Of a stretch of 64,000 nucleotides of DNA, positions 1-10,800 are shown one piece after another; position 1 is the first letter of the stretch, and each line of letters opens with the position of its first letter. Both the position numbers and the translations under genes were made by a program. This DNA is from an uncultured virus (IMG/VR IMGVR_UViG_3300020048_000041) (Duplodnaviria > Heunggongvirae > Uroviricota > Caudoviricetes). A model generated the notes under the pieces. That model was not told where the DNA came from, ran no database searches, and saw only the letters and a program-made list of their open reading frames with translations. The stretch lies in IMG/VR virus record IMGVR_UViG_3300020048_000041; one strand, written 5' to 3'.

Positions 1-110
1 TAAACCGTTTGTGTTTTAGCAGGTTTAGTCCATGTGCCAGACGTTAAGAATTCTTGAGTTTTAAGCGTTCCACCACCTGCGCCAAGAAGTGTATCCATTT
101 GTAAAGTCAT
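1..110 (-). CDS. 5' part of a Gly-rich tail-fibre-associated protein (runs off the window)
   Basis: ATG at 110 with SD GGA; reads MTLQMDTLLGAGGGTLKTQEFLTSGTWTKPAKTQTV; TSGTWTKP is typical of phage Gly-rich fibre domains. Confidence 0.6.
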   Translation of the reverse strand, partial: MTLQMDTLLGAGGGTLKTQEFLTSGTWTKPAKTQTV

Positions 111-122
111 ATTATTTTCCTA

Positions 123-812
123 TTAAAGAGTAATTATCCAGCCTTTAGTTGCACCTGAGTACACTAAGGTTACATTTCTACTGGACACATTTAAGATTAA
201 TGTCTGAACAGATCCCATTAAATTCAAAGCGTTAGAATTCACTGTTAGGTTATTGGTTCCAAATGTTCCAGAATAATCAGCAATAGTCACAAAATCATTA
301 ACTGCCGGAGATGCTGGGAGTGTAATCGTAAATGCGGTACTAGAAGTATTGGCAAGTGTATAACTATTAGCAGTGGCAGTAAAAGATGTCGCTTGTATTG
401 TCCAAGCTGGTATTAATGATAAAGCCGCTGAAGTCCATGTAGTTCCATTACTAGTTAGGATATTACCTGAAGTTCCTGGAGCAACAGCAGCAAGGTAATC
501 TGTTCCCGCAACAGCATTTGATAAAGCACCACCAGAATTAGCCTTTAAAAGTGATGTCCCAGTAGGCGGCGCCAAATAATCGGTTCCAGGAGTTGCCACA
601 GTTAACAGATTTGTTCCATTACCTTTAGCAATACCGCTGATGGTTCCAATCGGCGCTTGGTAATCTGTACCGGAAATAGCAGCAGTGAATCCTGATACTC
701 CGTTTGCTTTCACAACGCCGGTTAGCGTAACAACACCTGTTCCGCCAAATGGGACTGGAAGAGGTGTCCCAGTCGATCCACCTCTTATAATATTTGAAAG
801 ACTTTTTGCCAT
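123..812 (-). CDS. Tail fibre protein
   Basis: Gly/Thr/Ala-rich; AGTDY repeats shared with 3259..5487; C-terminal FTITLPASP...D..GTF.TNNLTV module of T4 gp34-like fibres. Confidence 0.7.
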   Translation of the reverse strand: MAKSLSNIIRGGSTGTPLPVPFGGTGVVTLTGVVKANGVSGFTAAISGTDYQAPIGTISGIAKGNGTNLLTVATPGTDYLAPPTGTSLLKANSGGALSNAVAGTDYLAAVAPGTSGNILTSNGTTWTSAALSLIPAWTIQATSFTATANSYTLANTSSTAFTITLPASPAVNDFVTIADYSGTFGTNNLTVNSNALNLMGSVQTLILNVSSRNVTLVYSGATKGWIITL

Positions 813-823
813 TTCTTATTTCC

Positions 824-1303
824 TTATGGTTGAGTTGGCCAAATCACGTTAAACGGAAATCCTTCTTGACCAGTAATATCTCTTAGTTCCTGTCTATATA
901 TCGACCAAGCATCTTTATCAACTGGAGCATCCAATACTTGAGTCCAATCAGTGTCCTTCAATAACTGGTTTCTTGTGTTTCTTACCGAAGTACCTTGTTG
1001 GTCATCAATTCGTGCTTTGTATTCAGTTTCTTGTTCAAGTGCAGTTTGATTTTCATTATCAGTAAAGACTGGTCCCAAACTATACTTAGTAAAATATTGA
1101 CCTTTGACTTTCTTAACACCATCACGGAATGAATATTGATAAGGCGTAGTCGGAACAGCTTGTTCACCTTCAAGAACTGGAGCAGCACCAAAATCTGCTA
1201 GGATATCTTCAGTAATGATTGGAGGGAAACTAGTGTTAGCATTAAGGTTTCTGAATTCCTGTTCAGAAACCACTTGTTGAGTTTTTGTAAAGATAATTTC
1301 CAT
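824..1303 (-). CDS. Tail fibre assembly chaperone
   Basis: Start placed at MEIIFTK (SD AGGA); C-terminal RNQLLKDTDWTQ...W..YRQELRDIT...GFP..V.WP.QP motif. Confidence 0.8.
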   Translation of the reverse strand: MEIIFTKTQQVVSEQEFRNLNANTSFPPIITEDILADFGAAPVLEGEQAVPTTPYQYSFRDGVKKVKGQYFTKYSLGPVFTDNENQTALEQETEYKARIDDQQGTSVRNTRNQLLKDTDWTQVLDAPVDKDAWSIYRQELRDITGQEGFPFNVIWPTQP

Positions 1304-1311
1304 TTGATGTC

Positions 1312-3255
1312 CTATGATATGGCAAGGAAAATGTAAGATACCCCAGAAGCATTTGCTGAGGCAGTTGTTTGGTTTACCGTAAATCCAGGCGCATAAGGAT
1401 CTAACCAATCTTCACCGGTAACTTCAGCCGCTGTTGAATTAAGAGATAATCTTGGATCATTTCCAGATACGATTCCTCTAGCAGTATCTGCCACTAACCA
1501 GTCACCAGTAGTTGAGGTAGCTTTTACCAAGACAAATCTTGCGCCTGCTGCAAATCCACATTCGATATTTTGACTTGTTCCGTTACCTGTGTAAGAACCT
1601 ACTTTGCTGATTCCAGCTAGTGTGGCGAATAGGTAGGCAACAAATGTCCGCCCTGAGTTGTTTGCATAGCCATTGTTATTGACCGAAAACTGCGTTGCAG
1701 TCGGCCGACTTGCAAGATTGAATGGGTAACTGTAAGTTGCCACGCTGTTTGTTAGATCCATGTACATCTCACTATGGGCGGTTGATGTAAAATCAAAATC
1801 CACTGCCCAAGAATTCCCCGCCGCATTCCGAGGCTTCATTATCAAAAGTTCTGGGGACGTACCGAGATTGTGCGCTATCGCCTGTGAGCTTGCCCCAGTC
1901 CCCGTATAACAAACCACATCAAAGAATCCGGGGGCGCGTTTGAACATCCAAGAACGATACGCAGAATCGTGGGCAGCATTTGTAGCCCAACCATTCATAT
2001 AAGCATAATCATAATGAGCGCCTGCAGATGAAGCAGCGGTTGTATTTGTAAATAAGTAAGTGCCTTGAGTTAATCTAGTTGATGTGCCTCTATTACCGCC
2101 ATTGACATTTGTACTAATTGACATATCAACTGGAAAATTAGAAATGTATTCAGGATTTGTAAGTAAACTTGTCGCGGTGGCATAAACCTGCGTCCCCGTT
2201 GTAGGCGGCTTGTTAGGTCTGCGGATTGCCATGTAGATGTAACCAGTACCATTGCTATTCCATACTGACGTTCCTACACTAAACCCAGTGCTATTAAGAC
2301 GTATAGCTTCACCACCTAAAATAGATTCAGCAGCACTTGAATTTGCCAGTAACCAATTTGTATTACCGGTATTTAAACCTCTCATGGTGTCAGCGATACC
2401 CCAACCGGTAACATCTGAGGTTTGACTTGTTTTCTTTACCAATACGAATTGTGGTTCAAACCCAGTATTTATAGTTTTAGAATAATTTGTTGTACCATCT
2501 CCAACATAATACCCACATTTTATTATGCTCTCTGTTCCAGATGCACCAAATCCTCCAGCATCACTGGCAAAAATATATGCCACATAAGTGCCACCAGATG
2601 CGTTAACACTAGCTACCGTCCCAACAGTAAAATTTGAGCTAGTTGCATCAGTGTTATTCCACCACCCAATATTGTTATTTACAAGTGTTGTGTTATTCAA
2701 TTCAAGGAAATTTTCTCCAGGAATTGTGGTTAAATAAGCTCCAGTTCCTTTTGCATACGTTAAATCTTGATGATATACGTTCCAAGCACCTAAGGCATCA
2801 GTACGCTTAACAATAATCATTCCCGGAGCAACACCTAAACTATGTGCAATCGTTCTTACACTACCTGTCCCCGTGTAAGTCACCACATCAAAAAACTTCG
2901 GAGCCTTGCGGAATGTCCATGAGGCGTAATTATCAGTAGAGGCATTAAAGTCACCTTGATTACCAGAAATAGTGAACCCATTAGAATTAAAAGCAGTTAC
3001 ACCATTTGTTCCACCTCTGTTGTATTGAGCTGCTGTCGAATTAGATACCAAATCATAATTCCCTCTAAGTGTGTCCCATAGATGATTGTCTTGAGCAGAT
3101 GTTCTTGACCGTTGCCAAACCAACCCACCTTTCCCAGCCAAGTCAATGCCGTTAGTGATGGTTTGCGTTGAGCTATTGCCGGTGTAAAGATACGTACTAA
3201 AGACATCATCGACATAAAGTTTATCATCATCAGAGTTTGAAGCTATTGGAAACAT
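1312..3255 (-). CDS. Tail-fibre-associated (receptor-binding-like) protein with internal duplication
   Basis: Repeated FFDVV.YTGTG...IAH.LG..P..I..K and YTGNG...I..GF units; lies between fibre and chaperone genes. Confidence 0.65.
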   Translation of the reverse strand: MFPIASNSDDDKLYVDDVFSTYLYTGNSSTQTITNGIDLAGKGGLVWQRSRTSAQDNHLWDTLRGNYDLVSNSTAAQYNRGGTNGVTAFNSNGFTISGNQGDFNASTDNYASWTFRKAPKFFDVVTYTGTGSVRTIAHSLGVAPGMIIVKRTDALGAWNVYHQDLTYAKGTGAYLTTIPGENFLELNNTTLVNNNIGWWNNTDATSSNFTVGTVASVNASGGTYVAYIFASDAGGFGASGTESIIKCGYYVGDGTTNYSKTINTGFEPQFVLVKKTSQTSDVTGWGIADTMRGLNTGNTNWLLANSSAAESILGGEAIRLNSTGFSVGTSVWNSNGTGYIYMAIRRPNKPPTTGTQVYATATSLLTNPEYISNFPVDMSISTNVNGGNRGTSTRLTQGTYLFTNTTAASSAGAHYDYAYMNGWATNAAHDSAYRSWMFKRAPGFFDVVCYTGTGASSQAIAHNLGTSPELLIMKPRNAAGNSWAVDFDFTSTAHSEMYMDLTNSVATYSYPFNLASRPTATQFSVNNNGYANNSGRTFVAYLFATLAGISKVGSYTGNGTSQNIECGFAAGARFVLVKATSTTGDWLVADTARGIVSGNDPRLSLNSTAAEVTGEDWLDPYAPGFTVNQTTASANASGVSYIFLAIS

Positions 3256-3258
3256 AAT

Positions 3259-5487
3259 TTAACCCACGTTCAATTTAATGCCAGTATTAACCAAATAGAA
3301 ATTGGTTCCGTCTGTACTTGCTACAACAAAAGTAAATACATCAATCTTGCCACTTGTTCCAGTTAATGTAGGAGCAGTAGCAGCCGTCCATTTCATATTA
3401 GCATTCCATGATATTGTACTGCCACCATTATACCGTACAATTGCTTCATATTGATTGCCAACTAAACTGCTTAATGTTCCATTCAAATTGAATGCAGTAA
3501 TATTAGCATTCAGATTGATTCTGAAAATCTGATTAGTGGTCAAATCCCATGTAACTGCATTAGTTGATGGGGCAGTTTCTGCTGAAGTAGAAGGAGTTTG
3601 TGGTTTTGTAAAGGTTGTAGCAGTCCCTGGAGCAACATAATCTGTGCCGGCAGTTGCAGCAGTTAAAGCATTAGCACCATTTCCTTTTGCTAATCCAGAT
3701 ATTGTTCCAATAGGAGATTGGTAATCTGTTCCAGCAACAGCATTCGCTAAAGCGCCACCAGCGTTAGCCTTTAATAACGCTGTTCCTGTAGGCGGAGCAA
3801 GATAATCAGTTCCAGCAGTTGCTGCTGTTAACGCATTAGCACCATTGCCCTTTGCTAATCCGCTAATAGTTCCGATAGGAGCTTGATAATCTGTTCCAGC
3901 AACAGCAGTCGTTAAATCTTTTCCAGTTCCTTTGGTTATACCGGCTAATGTAACTGCTGATGTAACGTTACCTAATACACCATATGGAGTTTGTAATAAT
4001 TTCCAGTTTGTTCCTGTTGCGTTATAAACAAAAGAAGCATATGTTCCGTTGATATCAAGATAAACTAGGGTATCTCCTTCAACAGTATTTGTACCGCCGC
4101 GTGCCACATTCAAATTATATGTATAAAATGTTCCAGCCACGTCAACGATATTTACGATACTTCCATCTGCTGGACTTGTTGGTAAGGTGACAGTAAAACT
4201 GCCTAGAGTCGTATCACAACGAACCAATTCTCCAACTGAAGCATTATAACTTGCCACTTTAATCGGAGTTGTAAATGTTCCAGTTCCAGTAGGCGTTTCT
4301 AAAATTCTCCAGTTTGAATTTACCGAATTGTACACTAACGAGATATATGTGCCATTCATATCAAGAATTAAAGAAGTTGCATCTCCTTCAATCGTTTTAG
4401 AACCCGCCGCTAAAACTGTCAAATTGTAAGTATTAAACGTTTGGTGTGTATCAACTACACCAACGATATCACCATCAGTAGGAGAAGATGGTAAAGTAAT
4501 TGAAAACGCACCGCCGGTTGTATTACATCTAACAAGGTCATTTGCAGCAGCAGTATAACCGTTTGCAGTTTGAATAGAAGTAGCAGTTAAACCACCTCCG
4601 CCGATAGATCCCCATTTAGCGCCGTTATAGCCTTCAAATACTGCTAGGTCGGTATTGAATCTCAAGTTACCTGCGGCTGCTGTTCCTGGACGAGCGCCAG
4701 TATTGCCAGTTGGTAAGCCTAAACTTGGTGCAACGATATTAAGGGTTGATGGAGAATAAACATCACCTCGATTAATATATAACGCATAGTTTGATGCGCC
4801 ACCAGTTGCATCACCATACAGACCAATATTCATGCCGCCTGAGTGAGCATCGTTAGCGTAACCGCGAACACCGATAGCAGAACCAGCATCTAAACTAGCA
4901 GAAACGTGACCTTCGCCAACTACACCGCCAGATCTTGCGCCGCCGTTTGTATAACCAGAACCATAAAGACCAATACCATAATTGGCAAATGTAACCGTCC
5001 CAGAAACAGCACCGGTATTATTAGCTGATAATGTTATTGTCGTTCCGCTGATACCAGTAACAGTTGCATTTGTTGCGATACCAGTACCACTAACACCTTG
5101 CCCTGCTATAACGCCTGCATTTACCGCGCTAAGAGAAATTGTATTAGCACCATTAGAACCAGTAGCAGTTGATGTTGTAGTCGAACCAACACCCTCAGCA
5201 AGCAAACCAATTCTGTGAGGTTCATTTTGTTGATTTGTTGTAATGTTACTGACAATTGAAATTGTATTAGGGAATCTAGTGGTTGTTGCACCAGAACCAA
5301 TCAAAACATTACCAGAAAAAGTTGGGCTGTTATTTAATACAGGAGAACCAGTACCGGTTGGAGTCGGCAAAGTATAAGGTGTTGCGTTTGTTCCACCTAA
5401 AGCAACAAGTAAATTGGTAAAATTGGCATCCACCTCTGCGTTTGTTAGTGGAGACCCTTTCGCCGTTCTGAGGGTAAGCGTTGACAT
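3259..5487 (-). CDS. Tail fibre protein
   Basis: N-terminal LR..KGSPLTNAEVDANF; LRFNTD...FEGY.G..WGSIGGG motif; two TLP.SP.DG repeats; AGTDY repeats. Confidence 0.8.
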   Translation of the reverse strand: MSTLTLRTAKGSPLTNAEVDANFTNLLVALGGTNATPYTLPTPTGTGSPVLNNSPTFSGNVLIGSGATTTRFPNTISIVSNITTNQQNEPHRIGLLAEGVGSTTTSTATGSNGANTISLSAVNAGVIAGQGVSGTGIATNATVTGISGTTITLSANNTGAVSGTVTFANYGIGLYGSGYTNGGARSGGVVGEGHVSASLDAGSAIGVRGYANDAHSGGMNIGLYGDATGGASNYALYINRGDVYSPSTLNIVAPSLGLPTGNTGARPGTAAAGNLRFNTDLAVFEGYNGAKWGSIGGGGLTATSIQTANGYTAAANDLVRCNTTGGAFSITLPSSPTDGDIVGVVDTHQTFNTYNLTVLAAGSKTIEGDATSLILDMNGTYISLVYNSVNSNWRILETPTGTGTFTTPIKVASYNASVGELVRCDTTLGSFTVTLPTSPADGSIVNIVDVAGTFYTYNLNVARGGTNTVEGDTLVYLDINGTYASFVYNATGTNWKLLQTPYGVLGNVTSAVTLAGITKGTGKDLTTAVAGTDYQAPIGTISGLAKGNGANALTAATAGTDYLAPPTGTALLKANAGGALANAVAGTDYQSPIGTISGLAKGNGANALTAATAGTDYVAPGTATTFTKPQTPSTSAETAPSTNAVTWDLTTNQIFRINLNANITAFNLNGTLSSLVGNQYEAIVRYNGGSTISWNANMKWTAATAPTLTGTSGKIDVFTFVVASTDGTNFYLVNTGIKLNVG

Positions 5488-5543
5488 TATTAATTCCTTT
5501 AAAGTTGGAGGTGTTACCGTTATTATTTTTCAACAATTTATAA

Positions 5544-5550
5544 TATTTAG
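5544..5550 (-). promoter_or_regulatory. T4-type late promoter (CTAAATA)
   Basis: Upstream of the fibre gene. (C/T)TAAATA also precedes genes at 16633, 23570, 30614, 42434, 47785, 48558, 60365, 61739 (minus) and 30625 (plus). Confidence 0.6.
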
Positions 5551-5561
5551 TGTTGAAATAC

Positions 5562-5634
5562 AACTTTACTTTATGTTGCTAAACACGTATAATAGCCTAG
5601 TCGGGCGTGAATTGAGGTTAAGCGCTTAAAAATA
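5562..5634 (+). repeat. Copy 1 of promoter plus conserved non-coding element
   Basis: TTTACT-N17-TATAAT then AGCCTAGTCGGGCGTGAATTGAGGTTAAGCGCTTAAAAATA; 69/73 identical to the reverse complement of 54793..54865. Confidence 0.9.
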
Positions 5635-5665
5635 AAGCCGGTAAACTGTTAAGTCATACCGGCTT
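5626..5665 (-). terminator. Intrinsic terminator (possibly bidirectional)
   Basis: AAGCCGGTA/TACCGGCTT stem with T-tract on the minus strand after ORF 5673..5876. Confidence 0.7.
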
Positions 5666-5672
5666 ATGAATA

Positions 5673-5876
5673 CTATTTTGATAAGACTTGTCTAAGTAAA
5701 TTCTTTAATTCTGATAGTTCTGATTTAAGGCTAACCACTTCAGAAGATAAAGAATGTGTTTTATTATTTTCCTCACGCATTTCCTTAAATTTACGCATTT
5801 CATTAATGTCTACATTCAATATAGAATTTGACCGTTCATCACGTTTTAAACTAGGATTATCTTTTACACTTATCAT
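5673..5876 (-). CDS. Conserved small coiled-coil protein following DUF4815 genes
   Basis: VKDNPSLKRD..SNSILN...LKSELSELKNLL pattern of T4-like phages. Confidence 0.7.
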   Translation of the reverse strand: MISVKDNPSLKRDERSNSILNVDINEMRKFKEMREENNKTHSLSSEVVSLKSELSELKNLLRQVLSK

Positions 5877-7732
5877 GACGTTGCTATAGCTCTCAAATTT
5901 TTAACTCTAGGGAAATTAACAGGGTTATCCGAATACATCACCACTTTGACAATAAAGGTTTTGAACGAGCTGTGATTTACCTTTCCAAGTTGATAATAAA
6001 AATCATCAAGTTTGTACTCATCAATAACAAAATCATTATCGGTTGATGAATACTGCACATCACCTTTTAATGGAATTTGTATATACGAATGGTCTTCAAA
6101 CGTAGCGAAATCATCACCGGCAACCGCCTTAAAGAAAACTTCAACAGATGTTCCATGTAGTCTATTTACATCAAGCAAAACTCTAATTCCAGTAGCATCA
6201 AATCCATCAGCCAATACTACTTTTTTCGTCACGTATTTAGCCGCCGCGCCGCCCTTATTAGGATCGGTTTCATCAACCAATAAATCCAGTTTGGTGTTAA
6301 TAGCGTTCTGAAAAAATTTCATATTAATCTTATCTTTCTGAATAACAGGAGAAAGATTAGTACTGGTTGACGATAGGTTAAACTTAACATAAGGCGTTGT
6401 CGCAGAAGATAAAGTCGTTCTGGTTGCTAGTTTCGTATTTGTATTATTGTTGATTGGGATGTAATCGCCACCCAATTTAGAATAATATTTCAACGATGTA
6501 CCGGCAATTTCTTTATCAGGCGAAGTGATGCTAATCATATCAGATATAATAGAATCTGAATCTTTGATTAAGGGTATTTCAACATCAAGAGAAGAAGTAT
6601 TAAATACACACTTATGGATATTAAACATCATATCTTTAGTTTGGTCAGCAGTCCATGTTCTGGCGTTTTGCGACATAAAGAATGACCCGACATTACCGTC
6701 TGGATTTGTTGAAATTAGCTTATCTGTAGCCAAATCTGTAGAACCCAATTCCGAAACGAAAACGCGGTATTTTGCGTTGTCCGAACCAACAACGATAGCA
6801 TATTCTCCAGCTTCAAGATGAATAGGATCGCTAAATGTAAACGTTGTTGCTGCAGGGATAGGAGCTATGCTAGTTCCTGTTGGTAAATTAACAGAAGCGT
6901 ATGGCTTTTCAACTCTTGAGTTTGTGATATACGAATCAGAAGAAGGATACCCGTTAACTGTTTTTGTTATGTAAATCCAAGCAGTAGAGTTTGAACCAGT
7001 TTCAGGTTTTTGCGAAAAATAGACATCTGCTTTAGAAAGGAATAAGCCGTTAGGGTATTCTTTTGGGTTTACATAAAATGATTGTGCAACTGGATCAATA
7101 GAAACATTTAATAATGCAGCAGCCGTTCCTATTGATATATATTGATTTGTGACTACATCTTCAGTTGATAATCCTATAGAGCTTTCACTTGAGTTATGGT
7201 CATCTCCATTTATAAAAATATAAAATGATGTTGACGGTGCTATAAAAACACCGTCAAATCTAATATCGTCTTTACCTGGAACAGAAGTTTGTGTGCCTGT
7301 AATAGATTGCCCAGTCGTCCACGCAGTATCACTAGTGCTGAAAGATAATGCAATAGCAGAGCCACCTTTACTTACAGGATGTGGCTTAGTTGAAAGATAA
7401 TAAACTGTTATATTTTGACCAACTAAATTATTTGAAATTTGAACTGTTACCCTTCCTCTCCACCCATATATACCTTTATCATTTGTCTCTCCTGATATGC
7501 TAATTATATTTTTTTGTATCCCAAAACTTTTTGTTGTAGAATATTTCGGATAATCGACATTCACAGGTATTGCTGTGTTTGTGGAATTTATAGAAAATAC
7601 AAAATTTCCATCAGTAGGTGAAAATGTTGATATGATCGGGGTGGATTTAAAATCGACTGCACATCTTATGGAACCAGCTAAATCTGTTCCCGTAACTTGA
7701 CCAACAGGCAATGTACCTTTAAATTTTGACAT
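5873..7732 (-). CDS. C-terminal part of DUF4815/VrlC-like virion structural protein
   Basis: DPVAQSFYV...GLFLSKADVYF, GSFFMSQNARTWTADQ..DMMF, AKYVTKKVVL, final PRVKNLRAIA; own SD AAGGA. Confidence 0.75.
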   Translation of the reverse strand: MSKFKGTLPVGQVTGTDLAGSIRCAVDFKSTPIISTFSPTDGNFVFSINSTNTAIPVNVDYPKYSTTKSFGIQKNIISISGETNDKGIYGWRGRVTVQISNNLVGQNITVYYLSTKPHPVSKGGSAIALSFSTSDTAWTTGQSITGTQTSVPGKDDIRFDGVFIAPSTSFYIFINGDDHNSSESSIGLSTEDVVTNQYISIGTAAALLNVSIDPVAQSFYVNPKEYPNGLFLSKADVYFSQKPETGSNSTAWIYITKTVNGYPSSDSYITNSRVEKPYASVNLPTGTSIAPIPAATTFTFSDPIHLEAGEYAIVVGSDNAKYRVFVSELGSTDLATDKLISTNPDGNVGSFFMSQNARTWTADQTKDMMFNIHKCVFNTSSLDVEIPLIKDSDSIISDMISITSPDKEIAGTSLKYYSKLGGDYIPINNNTNTKLATRTTLSSATTPYVKFNLSSTSTNLSPVIQKDKINMKFFQNAINTKLDLLVDETDPNKGGAAAKYVTKKVVLADGFDATGIRVLLDVNRLHGTSVEVFFKAVAGDDFATFEDHSYIQIPLKGDVQYSSTDNDFVIDEYKLDDFYYQLGKVNHSSFKTFIVKVVMYSDNPVNFPRVKNLRAIATS

Positions 7733-7808
7733 AGTATTCCTTTATGTTTAACTTTGGAATTTGGCGGGTTAATGTAAAACCCGCCAAATAATTCAATTAA
7801 TTAATGCG

Positions 7809-10800
7809 TTAAATGTACATTTTCCGTATAGGAAGGACTGAAACTGTTGGACCAGCACCCATAAAACTTGGGCTGACTTGACCGTCTTGTTTGTACGAAT
7901 GATACAAGCCTTTATTATCAAAATACCAAAAGAATGGAATATTCTCTAAAATAATAGGATAGGATAGTGTGTTTGATTTTGAAAATCCACTAAACACATT
8001 CATCATACGTTTATCTGGAATAATCCAGTCATTATACCAATCAGAAACACCTAATTCTTGATTATTTAGTTTATCCACATAATCTTTAGCTTCCTGGAAA
8101 TTACTAACATAGGTTCTAAAATTTATGTCGTATTTTATAATAAACTTGGTATTTGGAATTTCTTTACCGGCGCTATCTACGTCAAACCAAGTTTTGTTTC
8201 CATAAACCGTTAAGCCGTCTGAAGTATCAGTTCCTTCAATCCATTTTTTTCTAGAACCGTTAACAATTGGACTATTCAAATCAACAAATGTAACATTATC
8301 CACAGTTATACCTTTTGGAGGAGTTAAAGTCCAATTTAATGGAGTTTTGCTATTAAATCCTGTGGTATCAACATTAAATGTTATTAATTTACTTGTCGCA
8401 TATAATAGGTTATCTTTAGTTGTTACATTAATCGTCCCATCAGATTTTTCTTCTAAAATATTTAAAAACGCATTTAATGAAGTTGTTGCTGCAGCCGGTC
8501 TATTTAAGAAAAACATAGCCTGAGCAATCATATCTAAATTCAATTTATTAGGCAATGCTCTAAATTTGAATTTATAATGAGATGTTGCATTAGATCCATA
8601 AGTTATAATTCCTGCAACTTCTTTTGACACATTTGTAATATCACTAACTAATGGTTCAATATATTCAACCAAATCCGCAGAGAAATTTAATGCGCTTGGT
8701 AACACATTGTTATACCCCTGCACAACAAAATATTCATTATTCTTAACTTGCGTTATCGAATTTCCATTCATATCAAAAAAGTTGATAGTCTGGTTCGGTG
8801 TTGATGAATTAACAACAAATGCTGATGATGTGACAACAGAACCGTTCGTCGTATACGCCGTATCTTTAGGGTAAACTGTTAACAATATTTCTGTGCTTTG
8901 GTCAACAATTAAATTATCGTCTAATTTGAATTTAACTTTATTTTCAGTCAATAAATTTCTAGCGTAAACTGTAGTTGTTGCAACAGGAGATATTGTAGTA
9001 GTAACACCGTCGCCACTTTCTTCAATTAAGCTAAATTTTCTACCATTTTTAGTTGCTAACGTAAAGTTATACAAATCAGTAACAGATGCGTTTTTAGGCG
9101 TAATCGTAAATGTTACAATTTCTCCTTCTTTTTTAGCATTATTCGCAGAAGATGAATCGTTAGTGATTACAAAGGTTTTCTTTAATCCCGCATTTTGAGA
9201 AACGTTTATTGGGAAAAACGCAACAGAACCATCAGAACCAACAAATTTAATTCTACACTGCTTAGGTACTGTGGCAGAAGAGTTAAATCCAACAGGAATA
9301 TAATATTTAAATTTCGCGACGTTCCCAGGCATCGCTATATTGCTACTGTTAAACGTAACCAATCTAGAAGTTAAATCTTCAACAATTGTTGTGCCATTAA
9401 GGTCTGTGTATGAAATATGAACACCAGCAGAACCTTGTATACCAACATAAGATCCTGAAGAATAATCAAACACACCAACTTGATATGTTGTATCAGTAAG
9501 CCTTGGCGTAATTTGTACTTCCCAAGCCTGCACTTCATTTACATCCTTATCTGCTGATATTAAGATGCCTTTGTTTGTGTCTACTAATGTAGTAGATTTA
9601 ATTGTAGCATCAGCAACATTTACAATTTTAGATTCTACATAGCCTACTGCATCAGATTTAGAAGTCACCTTAATCGTTACTTTATCATTCCCTGTCAATG
9701 TAATTGAAGGAGTTAATACCCCACTTGCATTGATAGCAGTTACCGCTGTTCCGTTAACCCAAACATTTATATCTGAAGCTAAAGTTACACTGTGCAAAGG
9801 TAGCGTTAAAGTATGCGTATCACCACTAGCAAAATTCTCTGGCGAATATTCCATGGTAACAGAACCGCCGTTATAAATTGTCATTGGCAACGATGGTTTA
9901 TAAGCTTTAACTGGAGCTGCAGCAATAGTAGAAGTCACTAAAGATGAAGCCAAATAGGTTAAATCATTTGCTCTGATAATATAGCATGTCAAACTGACTT
10001 TATCATTCGCGGTAATTGAACCAGTGTTAACTTTGAATTTTACAAGGTCATTTGCATAAGTCGTTACATCATATAACAATCCAGTTGTAGGAATCACAGC
10101 GTTTAGTGCCGCGTTTGTTGTTGTATGAGAAGAAATAACCGTAGCAGCTGAACCACCATTTGGTGTAATTGTAAAATTAGAAGCTGTTAATGCTGTTGTA
10201 TTGCCCGCTAACGGATTAATAACAAAATAAACCTTATCTGTAGATGTATTGATAACAGCAGTTTTATTAACGAAAATATCATAATCACCACCGATTATAA
10301 TACTAAATGCAGACTCACCAGCATATCCATTTCTGTAAATAGATAAAGCATCAGAAACGATAGATTTAGTTTTTACTGTTAAGGTTTGTTTCGTTGCCAA
10401 TTGTTTAATTACACCAGAAACCTTAGCAGAACTCAGAGTTAGCGAAATATCATTACCGGCTTGTAACGTGCTAGTGTTCTTTTTAATCCAGAATGTAGTT
10501 GATGCTATTTTGTTAGAATCTACTTTATTATCAGTAACAGGTATAGAGTAAACCGCGCTTCCTGTAGGTGATATGAATAAATCTAAAGATTTCGTTCCAG
10601 CTTGAATTGTATACGATACCAAATCTCCAGAAGTAAAATCTCCAGAATAAATATCAGCTCTAACCATATAAGGGTTAGCAGAATCTGGTAAAGTCAAAAA
10701 CGATGTTATTTCAGAACCTGATACATCGTAAAATTTAATCACAGGTAATGGAGTCGCAACAGATACCATCGTCATTTCTGAATTTGTTCCTGTAGGAACA

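Noticed and set aside
123..5487. Diversity-generating retroelement in the fibre genes
   Set aside because: Repeat differences are not adenine-specific and no reverse transcriptase is in the window
5594..5625. Repeated element as a CRISPR array or type I-C repeat mimic (GGGCGTGAATTGA)
   Set aside because: Copies are tens of kb apart with no spacers, no repeat hairpin and no ATTGAAAC end
7733..7808. Gene-60-style ribosomal bypass joining the split halves
   Set aside because: The downstream ORF has its own SD and ATG and I saw no matched take-off and landing codons
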